A program made the translations under genes and the position numbers. Below are positions 60,330 through 64,000 of a stretch of 64,000 nucleotides of DNA, one piece after another; position 1 is the stretch's first letter, and each line of letters begins with the position of its first letter. The stretch lies in the NCBI RefSeq assembly GCF_009914755.1, contig NC_060942.1. One strand, 5' to 3'. The notes under the pieces are model-generated. The model was not told the DNA's origin. It was given only the letters and a program-made list of their open reading frames with translations, and did no database searches. The DNA comes from the human T2T-CHM13v2.0 reference genome, Homo sapiens.

Positions 60330-61089
60330 GAGAAAGTATTTTATAATTTGAATGGTATTACAATATGTTATGTACCACAAATATGCAAATCAAGACACTA
60401 ATGTTATATTTTGAGATATCTGTACTCAGAACAAGAGAAGCTTCTTCCCAAATTTCCCTTTGAGAGCATCTCTCCCCTTCTCAAATCGTCCCTCTCCCCA
60501 TAAAACAATGGCAGCTCAAGAAACATTTGATGGATGAAAATCAGACACATATTGATAACCTCACCAACTACTGCAGGAAAGAATGGGCTAGGCTTTGCAT
60601 ATGCACGATGAGGTATGGAATCTACTTGTTTGGTTTTATTGCACCTAGCTATCACCGGAAAGCACTGCTTCTTTATCACAATTCCTACAGGGTAGAATGT
60701 GGTGGAGTAACTGGGCATTCTGAGTCATTTCCAAAAACTCTTTAAAGGGGTGTTCTGCAAATAATACTATTTCTTAAGGTAGGAGCAACTTTCACAATCT
60801 GTTCAAGTCCTAACAAGTAATATATTACATTTTGAATCAGAATAAGTCAAACCAGAATTTTTAAAGTACATATTAATAATAGTTCTTGTGGATTGTGTAA
60901 TAGTTAAAATAGCAGTTAAAAAAAAAAGAAAGAAAGAAAGTGGATTTCCCACTTAGTAACTAGTTGATACTTTATCGTAACTAAAGTTTGAAAGGCAGCA
61001 TTTGGGATTCATGAGTAAGATTTTCTTCCATGACACCTGACCAAGCAATTGCTGCTCCATTCTTTCCTGCAGTAACCTTTATTATGATT

Positions 61090-61590
61090 TTAAAATAAAC
61101 TTTGAAATTTAAAACAGTTTCAGATTTACAGAAAAGTTACAAAGATACTACACAGTTCTACAGCTCCAACGCCAAGTTTCCCCTATTATTCACATCATAA
61201 CACTAGTGTGACACATTTGTTAGAATTAACGAACCAATAGTGATATGTTGTTATTAACTGAAGTCTATAGTTTATTCAGATTTCCTTATGTTTTGCTTCG
61301 TGTCCTTTTTCTGTTCCATGGTCCCTTCTAGGACACCAGATTTCACTTAGTTGTCATGTCTGCTTAAGCTTCTCTTGGTCGTGACGGCTTTTCAGACTTT
61401 ATTTTTGATGGCCTTGTCAGTTTTGAAGACTACTGGTCAGGTACTTTTTAGAATGTCCTTCAGTTGGGATTTGTCTGATGTTTTTCTCATAATTAGGCTA
61501 TTGGGTGTTGGGAAGGAGACCACAGAGGTGAAATGCCATTCTCATCACATCCTATCAAGGGTACACGGTGTCAACATGACATCACTGTGG
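61090..61590 (-). mobile_element. L1MC3/4 3' UTR fragment
   Basis: cagatttacagaaaagttacaaagata...gggatttgtctgatgtttttctcataattag...tctcatcacatcctatcaaggg. Confidence 0.82.
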
Positions 61591-61632
61591 GCATTAATAG
61601 GATGATTTTTTTTTTTTTTTTTACCTTACCAG

Positions 61633-61879
61633 GGAAGCATGGAGCTCCCTGAAGGATGAGCCAGACCTCAGTTTCCAGGCATATGTGGGAGAGGCTGTGG
61701 GGAAAGGGGCTTGAGCTTCAGATTCAGTCATGGAAAAGGGAGAGAAACCCGACCAGGCAGAGATCATATGCCTGCTGGGAAGCCACAGTGATTTACACTG
61801 CTGAGTGGAGAATTGCTGAGTAAATATTGCTTCCAAGGAGGGAGGATGTGCCCTGCTGCCTGCTCCCACCCAGTGCCTG
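61633..61879 (+). other. Candidate non-coding exon (247 nt)
   Basis: T17 tract plus accttaccag|G acceptor; CTG|GTAAGT donor; stops in all three frames. Prediction only. Confidence 0.3.
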
Positions 61880-62972
61880 GTAAGTGGATGCCCAAAAAAG
61901 CTTTTATCTATGCTGCAAGGAAGCCCAGGAATCCTGTGGGTGGTGGCAGTGGTGGTGGTTCAGGTGGGAGTAATTTATGAATATAAGTATTTGCTTAGGA
62001 GGCAGAGGTTATGTTTAAAATGTGAGCCTGTTTAAGGGAGCAACCTAAGTAAATGAAGGCAAAAGCATTACATAGATATGGCCCAAACCAGGCTGGTAGG
62101 AGAAATGTGCCCGAGGCTTGACTCCATGGGTTAGGAGCCAAAGGGGATGGATGTACCCCAGGCTAGCCTGGAAAGGGATTAATTCATGGGCTGCAGGGCC
62201 CCAGAAGGCAGGAGCCAGGTGGGGTAGTAATAAAACTGTCTGTGCAGCCCAGTGGATGTTGGCCATGCCTCCTCCCCAAACCCACTGTGGATTGGTGACA
62301 GAGGGATGGCATTTCCAGTCTTCTTCTTGCTCACCCTCAAGGACTCTGTGCAGTATGCAGGCCAGGATTCTCTCAGGCTGTGGGTTTCCACATGTGCTTC
62401 TGCATGGAAAGTCCCCTGGCTGCTGCAGGATGTCCTTTGCAGAGCCCCATCCTGTCCTCCTTATCGCAGCTGCAGGCAGCCTGAGCCACATTCCTCCTGC
62501 CTGAGTCACTGTTCCAGGCCACAGGCCGCCTTGCCTCCAGCTTGGCCTATGGACCAGGCCACTGTCCATTCCATCATTTGCCAGACACTGTGGAGTGTCC
62601 CTGCCCTTAAGGTCTTACCCTGGTGACCATGCAAGGCAACAACTGTGGAGCTGGGGGACTGCCAGGGTTCCATGGAGGAAGGCAGAGGGCAGAGGAGGGG
62701 ACGGGGGAGCCTCCTGGAGGAGGCGACTGCTGAGTTAAGTGCTGGGGAAAAGGGAGTGTTCCAGGTAAAAGGGGATAGGGGATGAGATTGCCACATTGTG
62801 GGAAATGAAATGTTGTGTTGAATGAAACTCATTTAAGGAGACGCTAAGCCAGAAATGTTAATGGGATTAAAAAGGACTCTTCTATACCTAGGATGGAGTT
62901 CTGAGGATGGTGATGCTAGGATACAAAGTCTTGATCCCTTTGTTAGGCTCTTCTCTTCAAAAAGTGGTGGGG

Positions 62973-63293
<321 letters not shown>

Positions 63294-63698
63294 TTAGGTG
63301 GTTGGGGATCCCAGGGAAGGAAAGCGAGGGCACATCCTCCTAGACACCTCTCCTCTTCCCAGTAGCTTCAAGACAAGCTTGGACTATGTTCCTGTGCTGC
63401 TTGGGCTGATGGCCCAAAATTGCTGAGCCTCAGCTTCCCCCAGGGTTAAACTGGAAGCAATAGTGCCTGCCACAGAGGATACTGAGGAAGTCCTGAGGGA
63501 ACAGTGCAGGGCCCAGTGCAAATGGCCAGTAAGTGGTGTTTGTGACTAATGACAAAATGGGATCAGGCCTCTCCCTAAGGAGGGACCTGCACAGCAAGAG
63601 GCTCAGGGCAGCTAGGGTAGGGGAAGACGCCAACATTGCCTGTCCTAGGGCTCTCCCTCTGGTCTTCCCTGTCCCTGCTTACTCTGAGTAAAAAGACA

Positions 63699-64000
63699 GT
63701 CCAGGCATAGTGGCTCATGGCTGTAAGCCTAGCATTTTGAGAGGTCAAGGCAGGAGGATTGCTTGAGGCCAGGGTTCCAGGTTGCAGTGAGCTATGTTTG
63801 CGTCACTGCATTCCAGCCTGGACAACAAAGCAAGACCCTGTCCCTACAAAACAATAATAATAACTTTAAAATTAGCCAAGTGTATCTATCTATACCTCCT
63901 TGGGAGGCTGAGACAGGAGGAACCCTTGAGTCTAGGAGTTCCAGGTTGCAGTGAGTTATGATTGCACCACTGCAGTCCAGCCTAGGTGAGAGAGCAAGAC
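63699..64000 (+). mobile_element. Atypical AluJ-age dimer whose left arm carries the right-arm insert; cut by the window end
   Basis: Both monomers contain ttccaggttgcagtgag...cactgca[t/g]tccagcct. Confidence 0.85.

Noticed and set aside
62045-62626. Overlapping 124-174 aa ORFs in unique GC-rich DNA
   Set aside because: Open on both strands, with no recognisable family or exon structure; consistent with chance. A protein database search would settle it.

Overview
Primate (most likely human or hominoid) nuclear DNA, intergenic or deep-intronic. I recognise no protein-coding gene, tRNA, rRNA, CpG island or CRISPR-like array. Well over half of the window is interspersed repeat: about 27 Alu copies or fragments (J, S and Y), nested L1 fragments (L1PA4-like, L1PA15/16, L1MA/MB/MC/MD/ME, HAL1), MaLR LTRs (THE1D, MSTA, MSTD, MLT1A/C/D/E/J), ERV LTRs (MER4, MER73, LTR16A), a hAT-Blackjack DNA transposon, MIR and L2. 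Nearly all ORFs in the track are repeat-derived or chance; the only protein homology I recognise is LINE-1 ORF2p. Subfamily names come from my recall of consensus sequences and need RepeatMasker/Dfam confirmation. I see no new multi-gene biological system. The most unusual signals are: (1) two complex locally templated insertions with fold-back inverted segments (21.8 kb and 35.1 kb) plus several smaller fold-back palindromes; (2) two structurally odd Alus; (3) a strong CTCF-like motif; (4) several candidate non-coding exons.
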